DNA from: Desulfovibrio sp.
GTDB taxonomy: Bacteria > Desulfobacterota > Desulfovibrionia > Desulfovibrionales > Desulfovibrionaceae
DNA: 33,780 nt
Direction: 5' to 3'
Assembly (NCBI GenBank): GCA_031281815.1
Contig: JAITEY010000155.1
Coordinates: forward strand, 1-33,780
Below, piece by piece: positions 25,052 through 33,780 of this stretch (position 1 is the first letter of the stretch; each line of letters opens with the position of its first letter). A program made the translations under genes and the position numbers. The notes beneath the pieces were generated by a model. The model saw nothing but the letters and a program-made list of their open reading frames with translations. It searched no databases and had not been told where the DNA came from.

Positions 25052-26329
25052 TCAGTTACCGGGTCCGGCGGCCGCGCCGTGCAGCGTGATCTCCGTTTTT
25101 TCGTCCAGCCCGGCATAATATTCGCGCAACACTTCCAGAGCTTCCGGCCTGCTGAAGTGGTCCGGAACCTCACCGCCCTCGGACAGCAGTTTGCGCAACT
25201 TCGTCCCCGAGAGTATGACGCGGTCCTCCGCGCCGTGCGGGCAGGTGCGCAGGGAAGCCATGCCGTCGCACCGGCGGCAGTAAAAAGTCCAATCTATCTT
25301 CAACGGCGCGGTCAGCAGGTCGCGGGCCGGATTGCCGCTGCGGGGGATTGCGGAAAAGATGTCCTGCGCTTCGAATATCCCGTAAAAATCGCCGACTCCG
25401 GCGTGGTCGCGCCCGACAATCAGGCGGTTGATGCCGAAGTTCTGTCGGAACAGGGCATGCAACAGGGCCTCGCGCGGGCCGGCGTAGCGCATGTCCAAGG
25501 GGTAGCCTGCCTGAATGACCCTGTCCGGCACGAAATAGGCGTCCAGCAAGCGGCGTATGGCCCGGATGCGCACCCCGGCCGGGATGTCGCCGGGTTTCAG
25601 GTTGCCGATAAGAGAGTGGATGACCACGCCGTCGCAGATTTCCCCGGCGATTTTCGCCAGATACTCGTGGGAGCGGTGCATGGGGTTGCGCAACTGCAGG
25701 GCGGCGACATCGGACCAGCCCCGTTTTTCCAGTTCAGCGCGCAGTTCCGCCGGGCGCAGGTAGACGCCGGGATAGTCGGCGGGATACGAGCCCTCGGAAA
25801 GCGCCCTGACCGGGCCGGCCGGGGCGTACTTCTTCCGGGCAAGAACCATGCGGACGCCGGGGTGTTCCCGCGCCGCCCGCTCCATAAAATCCTCCCCGGC
25901 CGAATCCGGCCCGGAACCCCGGAAGATTTTCCGGCATTCCCGCTCCCTGTCCTCTCCGTCCAATTCGGAGATTTCGTCCACCCGCATGGTCGCGACGCTT
26001 TCGCCCCGGAAGACCAGGGTAATTTCCTGCCCCGGCGCAAGCCCGCCCGCTTCCTGTTCGGAGGCGTCCAGCACAACGGGCACAGGCCAGAAGGTGCCGT
26101 CGGCCAGACAAAAATTTTCGCAGACGCTCTGCCGGTCCGCCCGGCCCATAAACCCGCGCAGGGGCGAAAAAGCGCCTATGGCGATCATGATAAGGTCGCC
26201 GAACACGGCGGGCCCGATTTCGACTTTCGCAAGGCCGGCGGCCTTGCGAAATTCCTCCTCGCGGGCGCGGCCTTCAAGGAGGCAGACGGTCAGACCGTTG
26301 CCGCCGTGCGGGGGGACGAGTGCGGACAT
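25052..26329 (-). CDS. sat: Sulfate adenylyltransferase (dissimilatory type)
   Basis: MSALVPPHGG start, FSPL.GFM, QLRNPMHRSHEY, MRYAGPREA, VGRDHAGVG and Zn site CRRC...CPH; 425 aa from ATG 26329. Confidence 0.96.
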   Translation of the reverse strand: MSALVPPHGGNGLTVCLLEGRAREEEFRKAAGLAKVEIGPAVFGDLIMIAIGAFSPLRGFMGRADRQSVCENFCLADGTFWPVPVVLDASEQEAGGLAPGQEITLVFRGESVATMRVDEISELDGEDRERECRKIFRGSGPDSAGEDFMERAAREHPGVRMVLARKKYAPAGPVRALSEGSYPADYPGVYLRPAELRAELEKRGWSDVAALQLRNPMHRSHEYLAKIAGEICDGVVIHSLIGNLKPGDIPAGVRIRAIRRLLDAYFVPDRVIQAGYPLDMRYAGPREALLHALFRQNFGINRLIVGRDHAGVGDFYGIFEAQDIFSAIPRSGNPARDLLTAPLKIDWTFYCRRCDGMASLRTCPHGAEDRVILSGTKLRKLLSEGGEVPDHFSRPEALEVLREYYAGLDEKTEITLHGAAAGPGN

Positions 26330-26546
26330 CGGCGGAACTCCGGATGTTTTTTCGTTGCGGAGTGGACAAATTGCCGGCATTGCCGTATACTGCCGCGTAA
26401 CGCTGGGGACCGACCAGGCGGCCGGCGACGAACCGGAGGCTGCCGCGTCGGCAGGCCTGCGTCGGCGGTGACGCCGAGAAATGTGCTCTCCGCCCGGACG
26501 TGAGTCAAGGAGAAATATTCCGCAACAGATGATTTCCCGATGTGTA

Positions 26547-26566
26547 TTTGTAACAGTAATCACTAC
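26547..26566. promoter_or_regulatory. Possible degenerate Rex-binding site between divergent sat and MCP genes
   Basis: TTGTAAC-AGTA-ATCACTA (26548-26565) matches the Rex consensus TTGTGAA-N4-TTCACAA at 10 of 14 positions. Rex control of sat is known in Desulfovibrio. A possible sat promoter TTGACT-N17-CACATT lies on the minus strand at 26508-26480. Confidence 0.35.
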
Positions 26567-26704
26567 AAAACTCGGAGGGTTTTGCGCCGCCGGGAGCGGC
26601 GTGAGTCGGCTGAACATCACGTTTTTCAGCCGACGCTCCAGTAAAAATATCCAAAAAAATACCGGTTGTCGGTTTCGCAATGGTTCACCAGACGGGAGGG
26701 CTGT

Positions 26705-28105
26705 ATGTTCGGATTGTTTTCATCCGCGCGCAGGAAAAAGCTTGCCGAACAAATGCGCGCCGTCATCCGCGAAAGCAAAGGCTCCGTTCCTGAAGGCAAA
26801 GAAGGACAAAATCCGGAAACGCTGCTCGGCGTCATCAAAAGCGACTTGCTGCGCGAGCAGGCGGCGCGTCTCGGTATCCTGCAAAGCCTGACCATGCCTT
26901 TCCTCTATGTGGATGTCGACATCCTCCTACGGTGCAGCAATAAGCAGTGTATGCACATGCTGCAGATTGACGAGCCGCCGGAATACTACTACGGGAAAAC
27001 GATTTCTGAAGTTTTTTACAATGAACCGGGCCGTGATACGCTCTTGTCAAAATGCGTTAGAAACGGCGAAACCTTTACGGAAAAAGAGCTTGTTATTACG
27101 AGCCGCAAGGGAAACAAGCTGCATGTGCTCGCAACGCTCTGCCCGTTGCATGACAACAACGGACATTGCTTCGGCGCTATGGGGTTGTACCAGAATGTAA
27201 CGGAACAGCGCGCGCTGGAAGCGCAACTGAAAGAAAAAAATGCCTACATACGCGATACGGCGGACAAGCTGGACGGCATAGCGCGCAAAGTCGCTGCGCT
27301 GGCGGAGGATATTCTGCAACTGGTCCGGGAAACCGCGGGCGGGGCGGCGAGCCAGGCCAGGCATCTCGGAGAAGTGGAACTCGCCGTCCGGCAGATGTAC
27401 CAAGCCGTGCAATCTATCGCCGAAAGTTCCTCGAAAGCGACGGAGATATCGGTCGTAGCAGGCGACAGCGCGCGCGCGGGCGCGGCCAATGTGGACATGG
27501 TGGCCGCCGACATCAGCCGGATGCAGCAGCTTGCCCAAGACCTCAAGAAAGACATGGGCGTGCTGGAAGAAGAGGCGACGGGTATCGACAGCATCATGAG
27601 CGTCATTTCGGACATCGCGGATCAGACCAACCTCCTGGCCCTGAACGCGGCCATTGAAGCCGCCAGAGCCGGCGACGCCGGCCGCGGCTTCGCCGTGGTG
27701 GCCGGGGAAGTGCGCAAACTGGCCGAAAAAACCATGAAAGCGACCAAGGACGTTTCCGCAACCATCCGCCAGATACAACAAAGCACCAAGATCAATTCCG
27801 ACACCGTGGACAAAACGGTCTCGACCATCGGGCAGACAAGGGAGCGCACGCACAACTGCGGCGTTTCCCTGCAACAGATAGTCGAGTATTCCGGCCGGAC
27901 CGCGGAACAGATACACATGATTGCCGCGGCCGTGGAAGAACAGTCCGCGACGGGCGAACAGATTGTCGGGGCCGTGAACCGCTCTTCCGATGTTTCCAAA
28001 GACATAGACCTGCGCATGACCGACTGCCTCGACAGTCTGCAACGCCTTGAAGAACTGATAAAAAATATCGACGTCCTGTCCACGGACCTGGTGAAAAGCC
28101 TGTAG
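26705..28105 (+). CDS. Cytoplasmic methyl-accepting chemotaxis protein with PAS-like domain
   Basis: Signalling hairpin [42 protein letters not shown] and a PAS-like region (GILQSL.MPFLYVD...N...). No hydrophobic TM segment. RBS GGGAGG before ATG 26705. Confidence 0.92.
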   Translation: MFGLFSSARRKKLAEQMRAVIRESKGSVPEGKEGQNPETLLGVIKSDLLREQAARLGILQSLTMPFLYVDVDILLRCSNKQCMHMLQIDEPPEYYYGKTISEVFYNEPGRDTLLSKCVRNGETFTEKELVITSRKGNKLHVLATLCPLHDNNGHCFGAMGLYQNVTEQRALEAQLKEKNAYIRDTADKLDGIARKVAALAEDILQLVRETAGGAASQARHLGEVELAVRQMYQAVQSIAESSSKATEISVVAGDSARAGAANVDMVAADISRMQQLAQDLKKDMGVLEEEATGIDSIMSVISDIADQTNLLALNAAIEAARAGDAGRGFAVVAGEVRKLAEKTMKATKDVSATIRQIQQSTKINSDTVDKTVSTIGQTRERTHNCGVSLQQIVEYSGRTAEQIHMIAAAVEEQSATGEQIVGAVNRSSDVSKDIDLRMTDCLDSLQRLEELIKNIDVLSTDLVKSL

Positions 28106-28289
28106 CGGGAGCGGATGGAACCTGCCGCGCATGCGGTGAAGAACCTTGAACGGGCGGAGCCCGCCGCTGCCTGCAGGCGCATCTGCGCCCGAAGGCGCGG
28201 GAAGCGTTGCCGGAGCGCCCCATCCCTGATACGATGCATCGCGCAACAACAACATAAAATAAACGCTCCGCGTCGCGCGGAGGTATGCA

Positions 28290-28706
28290 GTGGAACAACT
28301 CTCGGTATTTCTGGAAAACAAGGTCGGCCGTCTGGCCGAGGTCACCGCGGTGCTCAAGGACGCAGGCGTCAACATCCGCGCGCTGTCCTTGGCCGATACC
28401 TCCGAATTCGGCATCCTGCGGCTTATCACGGACAAACCGCGGGAAAGCTGCGCCGCCCTCAAGGAACGCGGGTTCACGGCCGCTCTGACCAAGGTGACGG
28501 CCGTGGAAATGCCGGACCGCCCCGGCGGCTTGTGCGCGATACTTGAACTGCTGGAAGCGGGCGGCATCAACGTGGAGTATATGTACGGGTTTCATGCCGC
28601 TCCCGCCGCCAGGGCCGTGCTGGTGTTTCGTTTCGACAAAGGTGCGCCTGCTCTGGATATCCTGCGCGGGAACGCCGTCCCTTTCCTGTCGGACGCGGCA
28701 GGCTGA
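28290..28706 (+). CDS. Tandem ACT-domain protein
   Basis: EQLSVFLENK.GRLAEVT..L..AGVNIRALSLADTSEFGILRLI and second ACT PDRPGGL..IL.LL...GINVEYMY. GGAGG lies 6 nt before the GTG. Confidence 0.9.
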   Translation: MEQLSVFLENKVGRLAEVTAVLKDAGVNIRALSLADTSEFGILRLITDKPRESCAALKERGFTAALTKVTAVEMPDRPGGLCAILELLEAGGINVEYMYGFHAAPAARAVLVFRFDKGAPALDILRGNAVPFLSDAAG

Positions 28707-28749
28707 GCGGCCCGGCGAGCCCGGCGTTTTCCGGCGGAACGTGCCGACA

Positions 28750-29499
28750 ATGCGTTGTTTCCCGATATTTTTGGATGTGTCCCGCAAAAAGGTGCTGATC
28801 ATCGGGGCGGGGGCCGTCGGCATGCGCAAGTTGCGCGCCGTGCTGCGGGCCGCCCCCCTGAGCGTGACCCTGGTCGACCCTCGCCTGGACACGGCGGCAG
28901 TGCCGGAAGCGGCCGGACGAGACGTGCAATGCCGCGCGCGGGCCTTTCACCCGGACGACCTGGACGGGCAGGATGTTGTCTTTGTCGCCGGCTCGGACAG
29001 GGATGCCGGCGCGGCGGCGACCGCCCTCTGCCGTCAACGCGGCATCTTGTGCAACTGCGCCGATGCCCCGGATGAAGGGGATTTTTTCGTGCCCGCGCAC
29101 TTTTACCGGCAAGGATTGTGCGTGGCCGTCGGTACGGAAGGCAGAAGCCCCGCTCTGGCGCGCTTCCTGCGTGAAGAACTGGAGGCCGTCATAGGCGCGC
29201 GCTTCGACGCCCTGCTTGTCTTGCTGGAACGTCTGCGCCCGCGCCTGCTGGAACTCGGTCTGACGCCCGAGGCCGACGCCGGCGTGTTCCGCGCCCTTGT
29301 GCGCTCGCCGCTGGCCGAACATCTGCAAAAAGGCGAGGAGCAACAGGCCGAAACCCTGTTGCGCGGGCTGCTGCCGGCCCCGCTCCAAGCCCGCGCGGGA
29401 GAATATCTGCAGGGATTATGCAACAGTCCGCGTCCGGCTCCGTCCGCGGAACAACGACGCCCCGGCGAACGGGAACCGACCGGCATGCCCGCTTCCTGA
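28750..29499 (+). CDS. sirC: Precorrin-2 dehydrogenase / sirohydrochlorin ferrochelatase (SirC, CysG N-terminal type)
   Basis: FPIFLD....VLIIGAGAVG.RK Rossmann motif, LCNCADAP.EGDFFVPA and T.GRSPALAR.LREELE. Start at ATG 28750. Confidence 0.88.
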   Translation: MRCFPIFLDVSRKKVLIIGAGAVGMRKLRAVLRAAPLSVTLVDPRLDTAAVPEAAGRDVQCRARAFHPDDLDGQDVVFVAGSDRDAGAAATALCRQRGILCNCADAPDEGDFFVPAHFYRQGLCVAVGTEGRSPALARFLREELEAVIGARFDALLVLLERLRPRLLELGLTPEADAGVFRALVRSPLAEHLQKGEEQQAETLLRGLLPAPLQARAGEYLQGLCNSPRPAPSAEQRRPGEREPTGMPAS

Positions 29500-29589
29500 A
29501 GGGAACGAGTACCGGCCGGCATGCCCGGCTTTGCCCGGCGTCGGGCGTGAATTCCCTGTAAGGAAAAAAGACGGACCATAGAGGGATGT

Positions 29590-30444
29590 TTGATGGATTA
29601 TGAACGGATGTTGTCCGTCGGCGTGATTCTGCTCTATACTCTGGGCGCCTTCGGCATTCTCATGGGCGCGCTGTCCGTGCGCCCTTCCCTGCGCAAGGCC
29701 GCCGAACGTCTGACCCTGGCCGGTTTCGCGCTGCACAGCGCGTCGCTGCTGTGCGCCTTTGCCGGCGTACGGCACAACGATTTTTCGGCGGGCCTGAACG
29801 TGCAGTTCCTGGCCTGGTGCGTCATCGTCCTGTATCTCGCGGCCCGCTACAAGCTGCGCTACCCCTTTCTGGGTATGACCGCCGCCCCGCTGGCCCTGTT
29901 GCTGTACATGCTCTCCATGCGTCTGGCCGGGGTAAAGAATATCCTGCCGGATCACCTCTCCGGCCTCTTCTTCGGCCTGCACATCTGGTCGCTGTACCTG
30001 AGCTTCGGCCTGCTGGCCATGGCCTTCGGGGCGGGCGTGGTGTTCATTTACGCCGAAAGCAGGATAAAAAAGAAAATGGCGCCGTCCCGCTTTACCCTGG
30101 ACATGCCCTCGCTGGCGGGCTGCGACCGCATCAACCGGGCGGCCGTGACGGCGGGCTTCCCGCTGTTTACGTTGGGCATCACTGCGGGTTTTGTCTGGGC
30201 GCCCGTTTTGCGCACCGCCGCCGAAAACCCCAAGGTGCTGCTTTCTCTGTTCATCTGGTTTTTGTACGCGCTGCTCTTTTACCAGCGCGCGGCTTTGGGA
30301 TACAGGGGGAGAAAAACGGCGGTCATGGCCATCGCCATTTTCGCCGTTTCGGTGCTTTCGCTGCTTGCGGACCACCTGCTCTCCCACCACAGCACGTGGC
30401 TTGTTAAAATTTCCCTGAGCGCCTTGCGCATCGGCCCGGTATGA
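29590..30444 (+). CDS. ccsA: Cytochrome c assembly protein family (CcsA/HemX-like)
   Basis: Multiple TM helices, FFGLHI, PSL..CDRIN...V..GFPLFTLGI..G..WA, PK......W..YA and G.RGRK.A. Lies between sirC and hemA. Confidence 0.85.
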   Translation: MMDYERMLSVGVILLYTLGAFGILMGALSVRPSLRKAAERLTLAGFALHSASLLCAFAGVRHNDFSAGLNVQFLAWCVIVLYLAARYKLRYPFLGMTAAPLALLLYMLSMRLAGVKNILPDHLSGLFFGLHIWSLYLSFGLLAMAFGAGVVFIYAESRIKKKMAPSRFTLDMPSLAGCDRINRAAVTAGFPLFTLGITAGFVWAPVLRTAAENPKVLLSLFIWFLYALLFYQRAALGYRGRKTAVMAIAIFAVSVLSLLADHLLSHHSTWLVKISLSALRIGPV

Positions 30445-31793
30445 ATTCCGAACTGCATCTCGTAGGTTTGAATCACAAGACCGCCCCGGTGGAAGTGCGG
30501 GAGCGTTTCGCGCTCAGCGACCCCCGGCGCGAGGAACGCTTTTTCGCCGCTGTGAGCGGTTCCCTCAGCGAATATTTTTCCCTCTCGACCTGCAACAGAG
30601 TGGAACTGCTCGGCGTGGGCGGCCCGGACGCGGCAGCGCAAAGTCTTGTCCCGGCCTGGGCCGAGGCCGCGGATGAAGACGCCGAACGCCTCCGCCCCTA
30701 CCTGTACATGCATACCGGCCGGGCGGCCGCCGGACACCTTTTTGCCGTGGCCTCGGGCCTGGACTCCATGGTCCTCGGGGAACCGCAGATCCTCGGGCAG
30801 ATCAAGGCCGCCTACCGGGCGGCCCTGAAACGCGGCGGCTGCGGGCGCATCCTCAACCGGCTGCTGCACAAGGCGTTTTCCGTCGCCAAGCGGGTCAGGA
30901 CGGAAACGGGCTCCGCCGCCGGCGCCGTGTCCGTCAGTTACGCGGCTGTGGAACTGGCCAAGCGCATTTTCGAGGACATGAGCCGTATCCGGGCCATGCT
31001 CGTCGGGGCCGGAGAAACCGCCGAACTCGCGGCCGCGCACCTGGTCGGCGCGGGCGTGTCCTCCGTGCTGGTGGTCAACCGTACGCGCGAGCGCGCCGAA
31101 CAGCTCGCCGCGTCCTTCGGCGGGCAATCCGCCCCCTTTGAGGACTTTTTCGAACGTCTCACGGAAACCGACATCGTCATCAGTTCCACAGGCGCGCAGG
31201 AACACATACTCCGGGCCGGGGACATGCGCGAGGTCATGCGCAAACGCCGTAACAGGCCGGTGTTCATCATCGACATCGCCGTGCCCAGGGATGTGGACCC
31301 CGCGGTCAACAACCTGGACAACGTCTATCTTTACGACATCGACGACCTCAAGGAAGTGGTGGAAGCCAACATGGGCCGGCGGCGCGCGGAGGCCGCGCGC
31401 GGGCAGGCCATCGTCGAGGAGGAAACGGACAATTTTCGCGCATGGATGTGTTCTCTCGACCTTCAACCCACTATTGTGGACATCGTGGACAGGGGCGAGC
31501 GCATTGCCGGGCAGGAACTGGAGCGCGCGTTGAAGCGCCTGGGTCCGTTGCCGGCGGGCAGTGCCGACATCCTGAAGGCCGCCTTCCTCTCTTTGGCGGG
31601 AAAGCTCAACCATGAGCCGCTCATGTATCTCCGGGACCGCTATCCCGGCAGAGGCGCGGCGGGCGACGAGCACATAGCGACGGTGCGCGGCGTCTTCAAC
31701 CTTGACAAGAACTGTACGCCTGATAGATTGCGCGACGGTCGCGGGCGGCCGTCTGCCTCCGCGCCCGCAAAACGTTTTCACGAGACGCCATGA
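30441..31793 (+). CDS. hemA: Glutamyl-tRNA reductase
   Basis: VGLNHKTAPVEVRE, LSTCNRVE, HLFAVASGLDSMVLGEPQILGQ, VGAGE and IDIAVPRD motifs. Confidence 0.96.
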   Translation: MNSELHLVGLNHKTAPVEVRERFALSDPRREERFFAAVSGSLSEYFSLSTCNRVELLGVGGPDAAAQSLVPAWAEAADEDAERLRPYLYMHTGRAAAGHLFAVASGLDSMVLGEPQILGQIKAAYRAALKRGGCGRILNRLLHKAFSVAKRVRTETGSAAGAVSVSYAAVELAKRIFEDMSRIRAMLVGAGETAELAAAHLVGAGVSSVLVVNRTRERAEQLAASFGGQSAPFEDFFERLTETDIVISSTGAQEHILRAGDMREVMRKRRNRPVFIIDIAVPRDVDPAVNNLDNVYLYDIDDLKEVVEANMGRRRAEAARGQAIVEEETDNFRAWMCSLDLQPTIVDIVDRGERIAGQELERALKRLGPLPAGSADILKAAFLSLAGKLNHEPLMYLRDRYPGRGAAGDEHIATVRGVFNLDKNCTPDRLRDGRGRPSASAPAKRFHETP

Positions 31794-32125
31794 GAACTTA
31801 CAGCATAGACCAACTGGACGAAAAGGACATTGCCGCCGTCAACGCCAGGTTGCTTGATTTGAAGCTGCAGGCCGGGTTGGAGGGCGTCTACCGCCTGCCG
31901 GTTCCCGAACACATGCTCTCCCGCATCCAGACCGAGCATCTGGAAGAATGCGGGCCGTACTGCCTTGCCCTTGAGGTGGGAGGCGGCGGCATCCACATGG
32001 AACTGCTGGTGCGCGGGATCGGGCGCATAAGCTGCGAATGCGTGGCCTTTGCCCCGGAACCCCTGCGCAACTACATGATACAATATCTTGAGGATATGCT
32101 TACGGAACTCGGGATCACTTTTTAG
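31790..32125 (+). CDS. Conserved hypothetical protein (111 aa)
   Basis: ATGA overlap with the hemA stop, natural amino-acid composition, and operonic position between hemA and tilS. Contains H..ECGPY.LALE and ELLVR......C.C motifs. Confidence 0.75.
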   Translation: MRTYSIDQLDEKDIAAVNARLLDLKLQAGLEGVYRLPVPEHMLSRIQTEHLEECGPYCLALEVGGGGIHMELLVRGIGRISCECVAFAPEPLRNYMIQYLEDMLTELGITF

Positions 32126-32137
32126 CCCTTTCCGTCC

Positions 32138-33433
32138 ATGCCCGGCGACATTCCCGACCTGCCCGCGGATTTGCGGGACCTGCCCGCGCGCGAAGCGCAT
32201 TTCTGTCTCACTATCCTGCGTTTCATGGAAAACGACCTCGGCCTGCGCCTGCGCGGGAAGCGACTGCTTGTCGCCTTTTCCGGGGGTGCGGATTCCACGG
32301 CCCTGCTGCTTGCCCTGCATTGCCTTCGCCGCAAGGCCGGTTTCACCCTGCTCGCCGCGCACCTTGACCACATGCTGCGCCCGTCTTCCGCCGCCGAGGC
32401 GGAGTATTGCCGGCGTTTCTGCGCGCGCGCCGGGATTGCCTGTCACGTCGGCCGGCGCAATGTGCGCGGCGGAGAGGTAGGCGGGGCAAGCGACCGGGCG
32501 GCCGGCAACGGGGGCTTCGACGGGCTGGAAGAAAAGGCCAGGGCGGTCCGCTACGCCTTTCTGGCCGACGCTGCCGCGGAGAGCGGCGCGGATCTCGTAG
32601 CCTTGGGGCACAACAACAATGATCTGGCGGAAGACGTCCTTATGCGTCTTATACGCGGGGCGGGCTGGCCGGGACTTGCGGGCATGGGCGCACTTGTCGC
32701 CTTGCACGACTTCGGCAAGCAGGCGGGCGAGTGCACAACGCCGTTGAGCGCCTCGACGCGCGAGTCAGCCGTCACAACAGCCGAGGCGGGCCGGCCGGGA
32801 CTTGCGGGCATGGGCGCCTTTGACGCGGGGCGTTCGCTGCTGCGGCCTTTGCTGTACACGCCGCGCGCGGACATAGAGGTTTTTTTGAAGTCTGCGGGCA
32901 TTGCATGGTTGAGTGACGAGAGCAACGCCGACAGGCGTTTTTTCCGCAACCGTGTGCGCATGGACATCCTGCCTTTGCTGACGGCCGAGAACCCGGCTTT
33001 TTTGCGCGCGGTCAGGGCGCTGCACATACAGGGAGAGGCGGACAGGGAGCATTTCGCGGCCCTGACGGCGGCCGCCGCCCAAAACATGCTCCCGTCTGTC
33101 CCGCCGGGTTTGCCGGGTACATCGGGTTCGTCGGAGTTGTTCGGTTCGCCGGGGCGGTCGGATGCGTCGAGCCCGCCGGAGTCGGACCGGGACGGCGTTT
33201 TTATCGAACGCCGGCATCTTGATGCGCTGCCCAAGGCCGTGCGTTTGCGCCTGTACAAGCGTATTCTTGACTCGCTCGGACCGGGACAGGCGCGTTTCTT
33301 TTCCCTGGCCGCGCTGGATGCGCCTCTGCCGGCCGGGCGCGGACCGGCAACGCATCGCTTTCCCGGCGGCAAGAGCGCTGTGGCAGGGCATAAGGGCATA
33401 CTCTTCCGCAAGGCGGCGCGCATTCCGGAATAA
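32138..33433 (+). CDS. tilS: tRNA(Ile)-lysidine synthetase
   Basis: PP-loop VAFSGGADSTALL, AHLDH.LR, EEKAR.VRY.FL, GH...DLAE.VLMRL.RG, RPLL...R..I and DESN.D..F.RNRVR. Contains in-frame insertions. Confidence 0.93.
   Translation: MPGDIPDLPADLRDLPAREAHFCLTILRFMENDLGLRLRGKRLLVAFSGGADSTALLLALHCLRRKAGFTLLAAHLDHMLRPSSAAEAEYCRRFCARAGIACHVGRRNVRGGEVGGASDRAAGNGGFDGLEEKARAVRYAFLADAAAESGADLVALGHNNNDLAEDVLMRLIRGAGWPGLAGMGALVALHDFGKQAGECTTPLSASTRESAVTTAEAGRPGLAGMGAFDAGRSLLRPLLYTPRADIEVFLKSAGIAWLSDESNADRRFFRNRVRMDILPLLTAENPAFLRAVRALHIQGEADREHFAALTAAAAQNMLPSVPPGLPGTSGSSELFGSPGRSDASSPPESDRDGVFIERRHLDALPKAVRLRLYKRILDSLGPGQARFFSLAALDAPLPAGRGPATHRFPGGKSAVAGHKGILFRKAARIPE
32659..32817 (+). repeat. 33-bp near-perfect direct repeat inside tilS (32659-32691 and 32785-32817)
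   Basis: GGCGGGCYGGCCGGGACTTGCGGGCATGGGCGC occurs twice with one mismatch, 126 bp (42 codons) apart. The protein shows AGWPGLAGMGA and AGRPGLAGMGA. Confidence 0.9.
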
Positions 33434-33780
33434 TGCCGTCACAGTGTAACTCACGGCGGATTGTTATCGGTGCCGTCAACCTCTCAGCCGTCTCTCCGCT
33501 TTGTGAACATTTCGCAAAAAAGTATAATTAAGTACGCAAACTCAATTCACGTTCCTTCTGCTCAACTTCTTTTACCAATTCCGCAACGGTTCCTTCATCG
33601 CTCAACCATTTGTACCTTTCTGCAGTGTAATCCTTGATTTTCGGTAGTCTGAGTCGGTGTTCGTTAACCCATGTCTAACAAAGTGTCGAAAAAAAATTAG
33701 TTAAATCAGCATATTAATTTTTCATCTGGCACAACAAATTCTTATAACATATTTAATTTTCATACTTTCGTGTTCCCCCT
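33433..33780. mobile_element. Possible left edge of a second foreign islet beginning at the tilS stop codon
   Basis: Abrupt shift to AT-rich sequence. Starts with ATGCCGTCACAGT-N7-ACGGC, also present at 6738-6762. Contains a start-less 48-codon open stretch on the minus strand (33674-33528). The other end is outside the window. Confidence 0.45.

Noticed and set aside
22296-26503. Long plus-strand ORFs 22296..24404 and 24371..26503
   Set aside because: Antisense shadows of pglB, rsmG and sat with no domain motifs.
26330-26680. 117-aa N-terminal extension of Sat
   Set aside because: Family similarity begins at MSALVPPHGG (26329). The extension covers the promoter region.
28106-28289. Possible ncRNA, or a frameshifted ATG start (28285) for the ACT gene
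   Set aside because: No recognisable RNA family motif. The SD spacing fits GTG 28290 without invoking a frameshift.

Overview
High-GC chromosomal window from a Desulfovibrionaceae-type sulfate reducer. The lineage is inferred from sat, the Ahb alternative heme genes, the sirC-ccsA-hemA-hypothetical-tilS block and a deltaproteobacterial-type PglB. About 13.5-33.4 kb is mostly housekeeping: yebC, tyrS, ahbA, ahbD, hemB, a receiver-TPR protein, a racemase, rlpA, pglB, rsmG, sat, a soluble PAS-MCP, an ACT protein, sirC, ccsA, hemA and tilS. The left 13.5 kb is more accessory. It holds three type II toxin-antitoxin loci (a RelE/HigB-2-like toxin running off the left edge and missed by the ORF track, a HicAB pair with a nonsense-inactivated hicA, and an intact HigBA), a secreted serine hydrolase, an orphan ilvB, an Fe3+/phosphonate/polyamine-class ABC transporter, a 5 x 23-bp hairpin tandem repeat, an MFS transporter, an M20 hydrolase and an orphan C5-cytosine methyltransferase. 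The most notable structure is a 1,397-bp integrase-less islet carrying higBA. It sits in the first codons of the ABC ATPase gene between 20-bp direct repeats and regenerates that gene's 5' end. It shares a spaced inverted-repeat motif (ATGCCGTCACAGT-N7-ACGGC) with a second AT-rich segment starting at the tilS stop codon about 26.7 kb away, which suggests a family of small site-specific elements. No rRNA, tRNA or CRISPR array was seen. All calls come from reading motifs by eye; no database searches were run.
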